In this document: positions 8,754-17,428 of the stretch, piece by piece
Layout of the letters: each line of letters starts with the position of its first letter
How positions within the stretch are numbered: the stretch's first letter is position 1
Source of the DNA: an uncultured Rhizobiaceae group bacterium
GTDB taxonomy: Bacteria; Pseudomonadota; Alphaproteobacteria; Rhizobiales; Rhizobiaceae
Direction: 5' to 3'
DNA: 64,000 nucleotides
NCBI GenBank assembly: GCA_938044775.1
Contig: CALIOE010000039.1
Location: 1,200-65,199 of the forward strand
Program-made: the position numbers and the translations under genes
Notes under the pieces: generated by a model
What the model was told of the DNA's origin: nothing
What the model saw: only the letters and a program-made list of their open reading frames with translations
Database searches by the model: none

Positions 8754-10112
8754 CTAGGTGTGACGTTCAGCGATTGCGCGCTCAGCCGCCCGCACGTCAT
8801 CGACGGCGGCCTGGTAGGCCAGTTCACTGTGATGATCGAGACCCTCAAGTTCGGCTTTTTCGGGAATGCGCAACATGCCCCTGCTCGCCAGAAGTTTCGA
8901 TACAATGAAGGCAGGCAGGAAGCCCAACACACCGAACATGATGATTGCACCGATAAACTGACCAAGCGGGTTGATTGCCGCATAACCTTCATACGGCGAG
9001 GACGGCTGTCCCCAAAGCATAAAGCCGGCAATCACAACGCCAATAAAGCCGGCGTATCCGTGAACGGCAACTGCGCCGACCGCATCATCGATCTTGAAGC
9101 GACGTTCAACGTAATGATGCAGCTTGTAAGCACAGAAGGTGCCGACCCCTCCAATGAACATTGCCTGTATCGGGTGGTACAGATCATTGCCGGCAGAAGC
9201 CGTTATGATGCCCGCGAGACCGCCGGAATAAGTCCAGAACGCATCACCCTTTGATACAACATAGGCAACCATCAGGCCACCGGACAGCGACATCAGAAAG
9301 TTGAATGTGATGGCGCCCAGCGTTGTTGGCGCAAGGTAGATGTTGGTCGCCGTCCAGGTCTCGCCGGTGATCATTCCGCCGATTGCTTCGGGAGAAATGG
9401 CCGGAACGTTGCAAGCGGCATAGAAGCCCCAGAAGCCGGTATAGATCATGAACAGTCCGATCGTCACCAACCATGGATTGTGCGGTGGAATATCGCGGGG
9501 TGTGCCATCGGCGGCAAACTTGCCAAGCCGCGGCCCGAGAACAACCAGAACTCCCAGCGCATAACCACCGGCAATGGCGTGAATAACACCGGAGGCATAG
9601 GCATCGTGATAGCCGAGCACCTTGACCATCCAGCCATTGGCGCTCCAGCCCCATGCCGCATCGATAATCCAAAATACAGAGCCGATCAGCACAGCATGTA
9701 TCCAGAATGCCGAGGAACGAATGCGTTCAATCACCGAACCGGAGACGATGGATGCTGCAGTCCAGGAAAACAGCAGGAACGCTGCCCAGAACACGCCCGT
9801 AATTCGGTCGCCCAGATGGGTTGCCATTGTCGGAGACCAGGGTGCATTCGCGGAGCCATCGGCCAGTCCGCCGGTTATTCCAGGACCGTTGACGAACGCC
9901 CAGTAGATCCACCAACCGAAGAAAAAGAATGTGATGGTGACCAGGGGGATCAGCATCGTGTTCTTCATCAGGGTGTGCATGTGGTTACGACGGCGGCTTG
10001 CTCCCACTTCATACATACAAAAGCCGACATGGATCAGGAACATGAATACCACCGTTACGAAGTAGTAAAACTCCGTAAAAACCGTGGTTAGTGCGTCTAG
10101 ATTATTCCCCAT
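8754..10112 (-). CDS. amt: Ammonium (possibly methylammonium) transporter, Amt family
   Basis: 452-aa polytopic ORF with Amt signatures (FFFFGWWIYWAF, DAAWGWSANGW, DAVGAVAVHGYAGFIGV). A GAGAGGAGAG SD precedes the start. Confidence 0.9.
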   Translation of the reverse strand: MGNNLDALTTVFTEFYYFVTVVFMFLIHVGFCMYEVGASRRRNHMHTLMKNTMLIPLVTITFFFFGWWIYWAFVNGPGITGGLADGSANAPWSPTMATHLGDRITGVFWAAFLLFSWTAASIVSGSVIERIRSSAFWIHAVLIGSVFWIIDAAWGWSANGWMVKVLGYHDAYASGVIHAIAGGYALGVLVVLGPRLGKFAADGTPRDIPPHNPWLVTIGLFMIYTGFWGFYAACNVPAISPEAIGGMITGETWTATNIYLAPTTLGAITFNFLMSLSGGLMVAYVVSKGDAFWTYSGGLAGIITASAGNDLYHPIQAMFIGGVGTFCAYKLHHYVERRFKIDDAVGAVAVHGYAGFIGVVIAGFMLWGQPSSPYEGYAAINPLGQFIGAIIMFGVLGFLPAFIVSKLLASRGMLRIPEKAELEGLDHHSELAYQAAVDDVRAAERAIAERHT

Positions 10113-10309
10113 ATTTCTCTCCTCTCTAAGACATACTTGAACTGGCTTAAACTCGATTGTTCGCCCTGGGCGTACTTTCCTATCAGTGAAAAAAATTTAC
10201 AGATGGTCTCACTCAAGCCGCCGATCTGTCAACTTCGGCACGCAGTTTTGGAGTCAGGTCTGTGTACAATCCAGGAGAGAGCCGACCTCCCATTGGACAA
10301 AATCAACGC

Positions 10310-11089
10310 TCAGGTTTGGGGAGACTGCGGATAGGAGATGATCGAGAGGTAGCGGGTCGGTAGCTTGATATGGGTCTTCGGCCCGTGAGGTGCATCCGCG
10401 TCAAAAAACAGACTGTCACCCTTTTTGAGGTGAAACGTCTTGGCGCCGTGCCGATACTCAACTTCGCCCTCCAGCACATAGATAAATTCGATGCCTTCAT
10501 GCTGAAAGTCCGGGAAAGCATCGGACGTTTCTGACAGGGTAATCAGATACGGTTCCACCATGACGCCTGTGGAATTTGCGCCAAGATGCCCTAACAGGTT
10601 GTACTGGTGTCCGGCCCTTGTTCCGCGACGGTCAGCCTCGATTCCTGTTCCTGCCTCCACATGCATGACAGCACGCTCTTCTTCAAAGCCTCGAAAAAAC
10701 GATGTTATTGGAACACCCAACGCCGTTGCCAGAGCCTGCAAAGTGGCAAGTGACGGTGACGTAATGCCGTTCTCGATCTTCGAAAGCATGCCGATTGATA
10801 TGCCGGTCGATTTTGCGAGATCCGAAACGGTGATATTCTGTTTATGCCTGTAGGAGCGCACCTCGCGGCCGATGGCGATTTCCAGTACTTTTTCGCGTGG
10901 ACCATGGGATTGGTGGGGATCTTGAGTGAGCACGGACTGGTTGTTCCTTTGATAGCATTCGTTGTCGATCGCACATGGCTGTGGTTGTGAGCTTATCTTC
11001 AGCGCTTCGCCATTATTGTTGGTTCCATGCATCAAATCCATAGAAGAAGCGTGCGATTGCGGTTTCGGTTGCCGAAACAACAATATCAA
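10310..11089 (-). CDS. XRE-family HTH plus cupin-domain transcriptional regulator (start uncertain)
   Basis: HTH segment ITVSDLAKSTGISIGMLSKIENGITSPSLATLQALATALGV. C-terminal cupin segment HEGIEFIYVLEGEVEYRHGAKTFHLKKGDSLFFDADAPHGP. The Q/N/H-rich N-terminal ~60 aa may not be translated. Confidence 0.8.
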   Translation of the reverse strand: MILLFRQPKPQSHASSMDLMHGTNNNGEALKISSQPQPCAIDNECYQRNNQSVLTQDPHQSHGPREKVLEIAIGREVRSYRHKQNITVSDLAKSTGISIGMLSKIENGITSPSLATLQALATALGVPITSFFRGFEEERAVMHVEAGTGIEADRRGTRAGHQYNLLGHLGANSTGVMVEPYLITLSETSDAFPDFQHEGIEFIYVLEGEVEYRHGAKTFHLKKGDSLFFDADAPHGPKTHIKLPTRYLSIISYPQSPQT

Positions 11090-11363
11090 GCCGGTCTGTG
11101 CTGCCTATCGCTCTTGAAGTACGGCAGCCGCATCATGCGTCCAAGATGGCCTGATGGCGCAGGGCAGACCAGCCGGGTTCACTCGATCCTGATGCAATCG
11201 TGATTGGCTGCGTGGCAAGGTGAGGACATATGAATATTGACGCTGAGCGCGCGGATTGTTGTGTCAAACCGGTTACTGCCGGATCGTGCGCCACGTTTAT
11301 GCGGACCGGGGTTTTGACAAGCTTTGAGTCTGAAAGCGAAACTGGCTCGCGAAAGGTCCTTCT

Positions 11364-12749
11364 ATGACATTGGCAATCAACTCCCGAAACCGCGTTTTTC
11401 TGACGGCGTTACTGGTCACGTTTTCTCTTCTTTGGTTCGACACGGTTCAGGCACAGGAAGCCGAGCCGCTGCCGGATTATGTGATCAAACAATACGGGAA
11501 TCCTCCGACGGTCCCCAAAGGACCATTGTCCAAAGAGATACAATCAGCTGTTCAGGTGGCTTTCGTAGATCTGGTGACGGAAGGGAGCTGGGGGAGGGAT
11601 CAGACGTTGGCTCTGGTCAAAATCGTCGAGTCAAAAGATCCCCGGATTGTCTGGATTATCAGCGACCTCATGCGCTTCGCCAATGGTCAGGCGATGAGCC
11701 GGCTGCTCGGCAGCGCCGCTTCGGAACTGCTGGGTAAGAATCTGCAGGTCAGAAATCCGTGGGGTGGCGTAACCGATCATCTCATTGCCTGGGATATTCC
11801 GGCACCGCCGGACTATTTGCGCGTGAAGCGTGCGATTTTTACGAGCATTGTACCCGGTTGGGACAAGATCTTTGTTGAGGGGAACATAGACTGGAGGCTG
11901 GTTTCGTGGGGCGGCGTGCTCATTGACGATCGCAAATATGACACCACAGATGAGCTGTGCAATTGCATTCCCGCGGCTGACAATCCTGAGGTCAGCAGCG
12001 CTGAAGATGCCACATGGTTGAAGGACGATGACATCGTGTTTGGTATCGAAATAAACGGAGAGTCCCGGGCCTATCCGCGACGCATTATGGAAGTTCGCGA
12101 GATGGTCAACGACACTTTGGGCGGAAGAGATCTTGGAATACCCTATTGCACATTGTGTGGCGCAGCGCAGGCTTATTTTACCGATCAGCTGCCAGATGGA
12201 ATTGAACGGCCAGTCTTGCGCACGTCAGGATTGTTAATTCGCTCAAACAAAGTGATGTATGACATCACTACCTATTCTGTGTTTGACACGTTTCTGGGCC
12301 ACGCGGTGACAGGACCTCTTGCGAAAAAAAATCTGCAGTTGAAGCAAGCCAGTGTCGTGACAACTGATTGGGGCACGTGGAAAAAAGAGCACCCAAAAAC
12401 GACGGTGCTGGTTGAAAAACTCGCGCTGGGTCGTGATCCTGATTTTCGCAATACACGCGATGCCAATGGTCCCATTTTTCCCGTTGGCGATGTCGATCCC
12501 CGCCTGCCGGTTCATGAGGATATCATCGGGGTTGTCACGGCGTCCGGTAAACCCGTGGCGTTTCAGCGAAGCAAGGCATATGTGGCATTGAAGAAAGGCG
12601 AGGCGATCGCGCACGAAAACATTCGCCTGAAACTTGATGCAGGCGGCATCAAAGCCGTTGATGTGGATGGCTCTGACCTTGGCAGTCATCAGGCGTTCTG
12701 GTTTGCGTGGTCGCAGTTCCACCCGGATACTATTCTCTGGCCGGGATAG
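11364..12749 (+). CDS. DUF3179 domain-containing exported protein
   Basis: 461-aa ORF with an N-terminal signal or TM segment. It has a DUF3179-like core (FGIEINGESRAYPRRIM, IPYCTLCGAAQAYF, RTSGLLIRSNKVMYDITTYSVFD). Confidence 0.75.
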   Translation: MTLAINSRNRVFLTALLVTFSLLWFDTVQAQEAEPLPDYVIKQYGNPPTVPKGPLSKEIQSAVQVAFVDLVTEGSWGRDQTLALVKIVESKDPRIVWIISDLMRFANGQAMSRLLGSAASELLGKNLQVRNPWGGVTDHLIAWDIPAPPDYLRVKRAIFTSIVPGWDKIFVEGNIDWRLVSWGGVLIDDRKYDTTDELCNCIPAADNPEVSSAEDATWLKDDDIVFGIEINGESRAYPRRIMEVREMVNDTLGGRDLGIPYCTLCGAAQAYFTDQLPDGIERPVLRTSGLLIRSNKVMYDITTYSVFDTFLGHAVTGPLAKKNLQLKQASVVTTDWGTWKKEHPKTTVLVEKLALGRDPDFRNTRDANGPIFPVGDVDPRLPVHEDIIGVVTASGKPVAFQRSKAYVALKKGEAIAHENIRLKLDAGGIKAVDVDGSDLGSHQAFWFAWSQFHPDTILWPG

Positions 12750-12956
12750 AGCACGTTACGGCATGCGTCTGCGACCAGTGCAAGCCAGCAGCGATTGCGG
12801 CGCGGACCGGCGTTCAAGACTTGATTGTTTGCAGCTTTTGAAACTGTAAGCGCGCATCAGGGGTGAAAGTATTGAACCGCTGGTCCGCCGGATAAGGCTG
12901 GGGTTGTTCCGTCTGCTGTGGTAGGTTCTCGGGTCATACGAGGAGAGTTTGCTCAC

Positions 12957-13628
12957 ATGCATATTGGACTTATCGGTGGCATCGGGCCGGCGGCCACGGA
13001 CTTGTATTACCGTGGCCTCATCGATGCCATGAAAGAGCTGAAGAGCGATCTGCAACTCACAATCGCCCATGCCGATGCCGCCACCCTGTTGCGGAATTTT
13101 GAGACCAGGCAACCGGACGCTCAGGCCGAGATCTATCTTAACCTGACTCAGAGATTGCAGATGGCGGGCGCTGAGGCGGTCGCGATAACATCAATCGGGG
13201 GACACTTTTGTATTGAGGAGTTCAGACCGCTCTCTCCGCTACCCATTATTGATTTGATATCCCTGATGGACAAATTTCTTGACGATCAGGAATTCAGCAA
13301 TGTTGGCCTTATCGGCACGAACACCGTGATGCGAACGAAGTTTTACGGCGGCGTCAAATCCTCAAACGTGCTTACGCCGCCAGATGAAGAAATAGAGACC
13401 ATTCATCGGGCTTATGTTGATATGGCGTTGACCGCGAAGGTCAATCAACAACAACGCCAGACCATGTTTATCGCAGGCCGGCACCTGGTTGATCGCGGTG
13501 CAGAAGTCGTTCTTCTGGGAGGCACGGACTTGTTCCTGGCCTTTGATGATCAGGACCCGGGGTTCAAAACGATAGACTGCGCAAAAGTTCACATTGATGC
13601 GATTGTTCAGCGAGCCAGCGAAACCTAG
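12957..13628 (+). CDS. Aspartate/glutamate racemase family protein
   Basis: Starts MHIGLIGGIGPAATDLYY, with an AGGAGAG SD 10 nt upstream. VLLGGTDL in the second half is typical of Asp/Glu/hydantoin racemases. Confidence 0.8.
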   Translation: MHIGLIGGIGPAATDLYYRGLIDAMKELKSDLQLTIAHADAATLLRNFETRQPDAQAEIYLNLTQRLQMAGAEAVAITSIGGHFCIEEFRPLSPLPIIDLISLMDKFLDDQEFSNVGLIGTNTVMRTKFYGGVKSSNVLTPPDEEIETIHRAYVDMALTAKVNQQQRQTMFIAGRHLVDRGAEVVLLGGTDLFLAFDDQDPGFKTIDCAKVHIDAIVQRASET

Positions 13629-13986
13629 ATCGATGACAATCAGCTTCGCTGGTCGCGAAAGCCGATGCCGACGAATTGGAATTTGCCCTCTCGACTGATG
13701 ATTCCAGATTCAAAGGCCAGGGAAGGCACCTGGTTTTCTGCAATGGCAGAACCCGGCGCACTGATTCTCTGGGTTGGGCGGCGTCCCCTTAAACGGTCGG
13801 TCAAGGAAAATGCTGGAGCTCACTGAATCATGGATCGAAACCCAGCTTGAATGAACGGGCGAAAACTTCCAACCAGCATTTCGACTTGAGAAGGGCCGTT
13901 GTTGCGTATTCGACTGCATGGCTGGCGGAAACCCATCGCTATCCCAAAGTCGCTGCGCAACCGCCTCTGCTTTTGACGCCAGTCTG

Positions 13987-14907
13987 TCAAACCTGCTTCA
14001 TATTGCCCGAGCCGTCCTGCGCGATCAAAAGTCCCAGGAAGATAAGCGGAAAGGCAATTACCATCGCAAGTGTTATGGAGTCTCCAATAACAGCGACACC
14101 AAATACGTTGACTAAGATGACACCGACATAGGCGTTTGGCGCGAGAAATACCGGGCCCTTCCGACGGATCAGGTAGAACCGCAATGAATAGGCAATCGTT
14201 GTCGATAAGACCGAAACTCCCAGCAGGCCGATCCATGGCCGCAGCTGTGGAAGGTTGCCATCAAAGATGGTCATAAAGGGCACAATTCCGAAGATCGAGG
14301 CAATCAGGGCGCTGCCGCCCATTAACGACAAAGGATGAACGCTTGGCATTATCCGCATCAGGATAGCGGCAATCGAAAAGCAAAGAATGGCACCCAGTGA
14401 GGCAATCATTGGCAAGGCATGCTCAGGACCCGTCGAGCCAATCCATTTTGCAGGTTCGGTAATCACGATGAGCCCCAGGAACCCGATGAGAAGCCCTCGC
14501 CATTTTCGTCGGGTAATGACGACCCCCAGAAACACTGCCGATAAACCGATTGTGGCCAGCGGGATCAACGAAAACATTGCACCAACAACGTTGGATGGAA
14601 GATATGACTGACCATATGTCAAAAGGGAAAACGGCAGCACGAAGTTGAACATGCCAAGAGCAGCTGCCCATTTCCAGAACCAGAATTTTTGTGGCAGGCC
14701 GTCCCCGAAAAGAAAAGCCAGGGGCACGAGTATGACGGCACCGATGACCATTCGTCCGCCCGCAGATTGTGCCAGGCTGAATCCTTCCAAAGACAATTTG
14801 ACGAAGACGAAGGTAAGACTCATGCACATGGCCATGACGCCAAAAGCAATCCATGCGCTGTAGTCTGCGCGATGGTCAGATGAGGAGTCAGGGCGTTGCA
14901 CGCACAT
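13987..14907 (-). CDS. EamA/DMT family transporter
   Basis: 306-aa ORF with about 10 hydrophobic helices in two EamA-like halves. Confidence 0.8.
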   Translation of the reverse strand: MCVQRPDSSSDHRADYSAWIAFGVMAMCMSLTFVFVKLSLEGFSLAQSAGGRMVIGAVILVPLAFLFGDGLPQKFWFWKWAAALGMFNFVLPFSLLTYGQSYLPSNVVGAMFSLIPLATIGLSAVFLGVVITRRKWRGLLIGFLGLIVITEPAKWIGSTGPEHALPMIASLGAILCFSIAAILMRIMPSVHPLSLMGGSALIASIFGIVPFMTIFDGNLPQLRPWIGLLGVSVLSTTIAYSLRFYLIRRKGPVFLAPNAYVGVILVNVFGVAVIGDSITLAMVIAFPLIFLGLLIAQDGSGNMKQV

Positions 14908-15244
14908 AGCCTCGCTGCATGTCTTCGACGGTCAAATCTGCAAGCGCCATCCATTTCATTCCGGTGCGAACCTATCACCGCAGACAGAATGCGCATAGCG
15001 AGACAACCAGCGGATTCTGGGGTCTCAAAGAGCGGCCAGGCCAGCTGGCGGTCTGCCTGGGGAGTTGGATGCCTTCGACCCGCAGCGGCTGCGCCGGCAC
15101 TTGCAATCGGTCCCGCTAAAGAAACGTCCATTGCAACCTCCTTCTTTTCCTTAGCATCAGGCTGCATTCAAGACTTATTGACTCAGGGGCTGACGCCGCT
15201 CGAGCTCGTGATTGATCGACAGCCGGCATTTGGTTGTCTAATAT

Positions 15245-15616
15245 TTGGTCGTGCGGAGCCTCAACACATACGCCTGGAGGTTGTTGGGCGGCCTGAGCCT
15301 TGCGCTCGGCTTTGTAGGGATCTTTTTGCCGATTCTGCCGACAACGCCATTTGTGCTGCTCGCCGCTTTTGCCTTTGGTAGAGGCTCGCCGAGACTTGCC
15401 GCATGGCTCGAAAATCATCGACATTTTGGTCCGTTGATTGAAAACTGGCGCAGGACCGGCTCAATATCCCCAAAGATTAAGATCCTCGCATGCTCAATGA
15501 TGGCATTGGCCCTGGCGGGCAGCTGGTTTGCGGGACTATCTTCTGCAATTGTCGGAATTCAAACGCTGGTGCTTTTGATATGTGCAGGATTCATCATTTC
15601 GCGCCCCTCCGCGTGA
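15245..15616 (+). CDS. DUF454 (YbaN-like) inner-membrane protein
   Basis: LGFVGIFLPILPTTPFVLLAAFAFGRGSPRLAAWLENHRHFGPLIENW matches the YbaN/DUF454 signature. Confidence 0.75.
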   Translation: MVVRSLNTYAWRLLGGLSLALGFVGIFLPILPTTPFVLLAAFAFGRGSPRLAAWLENHRHFGPLIENWRRTGSISPKIKILACSMMALALAGSWFAGLSSAIVGIQTLVLLICAGFIISRPSA

Positions 15617-15644
15617 CAGGTCCATTGGAAGCCGGATTGTCCAA

Positions 15645-16316
15645 ATGAACTGGCTGGAAACTGCATTGGCCTTTCTGGTGTTCTTTCTCTCACACTCAAT
15701 CCCGGTGCAGCCGTTGTTGAAATCGAAACTGGTTACCCGGCTGGGCGCTTCCGGTTTTTCCATCGCCTATTCCCTCCTGTCACTGGGAACATTGTACTGG
15801 CTTCTCCTCGCAACCAGCCGGGCGCCTTTCGTGGAATTGTGGCAATGGCAGTTGTGGCAAAACCATGTGCCCATCGTCGCCATGCTGATCGCTCTCTGGA
15901 TTGCAGCCATGAGCGTTGGACGGCCCAACCCCTTTTCATTTGGCGGAGCCAGGAATGAGACATTTGCTCCTGCCAAATGTGGGTTGGTGAAATGGATACG
16001 GCACCCGTTGCTCATCGCAATGCTGATTTGGTCACTGGCCCATATCGTTCCCAACGGTGATTTGGCTCATATGTTATTGTTCGGAAGCTTCTCCTGCTTT
16101 TCCTTGTTTGGAGTCTGGGCGGTCGACCGGCGCAAGAAGACCGCAATGGGACTGTCGGAATGGTCACGGTTGAAACAGGAAAGCCGCAGACAAAGCGAAT
16201 TGCTGCCAGGCATGCCATTCATCGAGGTTGCTACGAGAACCTTTTTCGGCCTGGCTGCATATGCGGTTTTGCTGTTCAGCCATTCGTTTCTGTTTGGCGT
16301 CAGCCCGATCAACTAG
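15645..16316 (+). CDS. NnrU family membrane protein
   Basis: Start MNWLETALAFLVFFLSHSIP, with a polytopic His-containing helix pattern (WIRHPLLIAMLIWSLAHIVPNGD) as in NnrU. A paralogue lies at 54854..55420. Confidence 0.7.
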   Translation: MNWLETALAFLVFFLSHSIPVQPLLKSKLVTRLGASGFSIAYSLLSLGTLYWLLLATSRAPFVELWQWQLWQNHVPIVAMLIALWIAAMSVGRPNPFSFGGARNETFAPAKCGLVKWIRHPLLIAMLIWSLAHIVPNGDLAHMLLFGSFSCFSLFGVWAVDRRKKTAMGLSEWSRLKQESRRQSELLPGMPFIEVATRTFFGLAAYAVLLFSHSFLFGVSPIN

Positions 16317-16390
16317 CCTGTTCACACAACACAACCATGCTCCTCATGGTCTCGTCCTTGGCACTTCTTGATCCCGATTGACGCACGTCA

Positions 16391-17416
16391 ATGCGTTTGC
16401 TGCCGCGTCTCGATACGTTTGAAAAAGCGGTTGCGATATTTCGTCTGGCCTGGCTGGCGGGCCATGGCGATCCGGCAAGCATACATTGGGTACTCAGTGA
16501 GCAGGATATGTCCGAAACTCGAACAGCGAGATCGCGCAAAAACGACATCCCCGATCAGCAGATTGCGTCGGTTCGGGTTCTCAATTGCGGGCAGGCAGAG
16601 CAGCATAAAGAACACCGTTACGGAAGCAGGTTACCGCAGCTTTGGTGGGTCTTCTTTGGGCGCAGCTGGGTTCCATTGCCGTTGCAATGTTTCCTGATCG
16701 ATCATCGTGACGGATTGGTGCTGTTCGATACCGGGATTGACCCGGCGATCGGGTCGGACACGCGCTACATCAAACAAGCCGTAGGGCGCTTTCTGCTGCC
16801 GCGGATATTTCGATTTCATCTGACCGACGCCGATCGCATCGACCGCGTTCTGACAGGCGCAGGTGTTGGTGCCAGCGATATTCGAATGGCGGTTATCTCG
16901 CATCTGCATTTCGATCATGTCGGGGGCATTGCCCAGATTCCGCAGGCCGACCTGCTGGTGAGCGACGGGGAATGGGCGATCTTATCCGACCCGCACCCGG
17001 AACGTGAGTGGATATTGCGCGAGCATATCGAAACCCCCACCGCGAAATGGCGACAAATAGTGTTCGAGCCGACCGGCGACCCGCTCTTCGAGGGTATTGG
17101 CGGGATCTATGATGTCGCAGGCGATGGTTCGATGATCCTGTTGCCGACACCGGGACACACGCGTGGTTCCATGTCCATGTTGATCCGCCAGCACGGCTGG
17201 GATCCGATCCTCTTGGTTGGAGACCTCACATACGAAGCGGCTTTGCTCGAAAAGAACATCGTGTCCGGTACAGGTGACAGGGATGTGCTTCTTGCATCAT
17301 TCGCCAAGGTCCGTCGGTTGCAGACGCGCCTGCCGGGCCTGGCGGTTGTGGCATCTCACGATTTTGCCGCGGAAGAGTCTGTATCGCGGGCCACGCGTCA
17401 ATCATCGAAGATTTAG
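16391..17416 (+). CDS. MBL-fold hydrolase, N-acyl-homoserine-lactonase-like (start uncertain)
   Basis: The ISHLHFDHVGG zinc motif, identical in form to the AiiA-type HLHFDH. Also FLIDHRDGLVLFDTG, TPGHTRGS and the late Asp in LVGDLTYE. Confidence 0.75.
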   Translation: MRLLPRLDTFEKAVAIFRLAWLAGHGDPASIHWVLSEQDMSETRTARSRKNDIPDQQIASVRVLNCGQAEQHKEHRYGSRLPQLWWVFFGRSWVPLPLQCFLIDHRDGLVLFDTGIDPAIGSDTRYIKQAVGRFLLPRIFRFHLTDADRIDRVLTGAGVGASDIRMAVISHLHFDHVGGIAQIPQADLLVSDGEWAILSDPHPEREWILREHIETPTAKWRQIVFEPTGDPLFEGIGGIYDVAGDGSMILLPTPGHTRGSMSMLIRQHGWDPILLVGDLTYEAALLEKNIVSGTGDRDVLLASFAKVRRLQTRLPGLAVVASHDFAAEESVSRATRQSSKI

Positions 17417-17428
17417 GAGGACAGCACA

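Noticed and set aside
10236-10250. Sigma-54-like element CGGCACGCAGTTTTG between amt and its regulator
   Set aside because: It is on the plus strand, so it points antisense into the regulator gene. Its -12 element is TTTG rather than TTGC. No matching element was found in the correct orientation upstream of amt or the amidotransferase gene.
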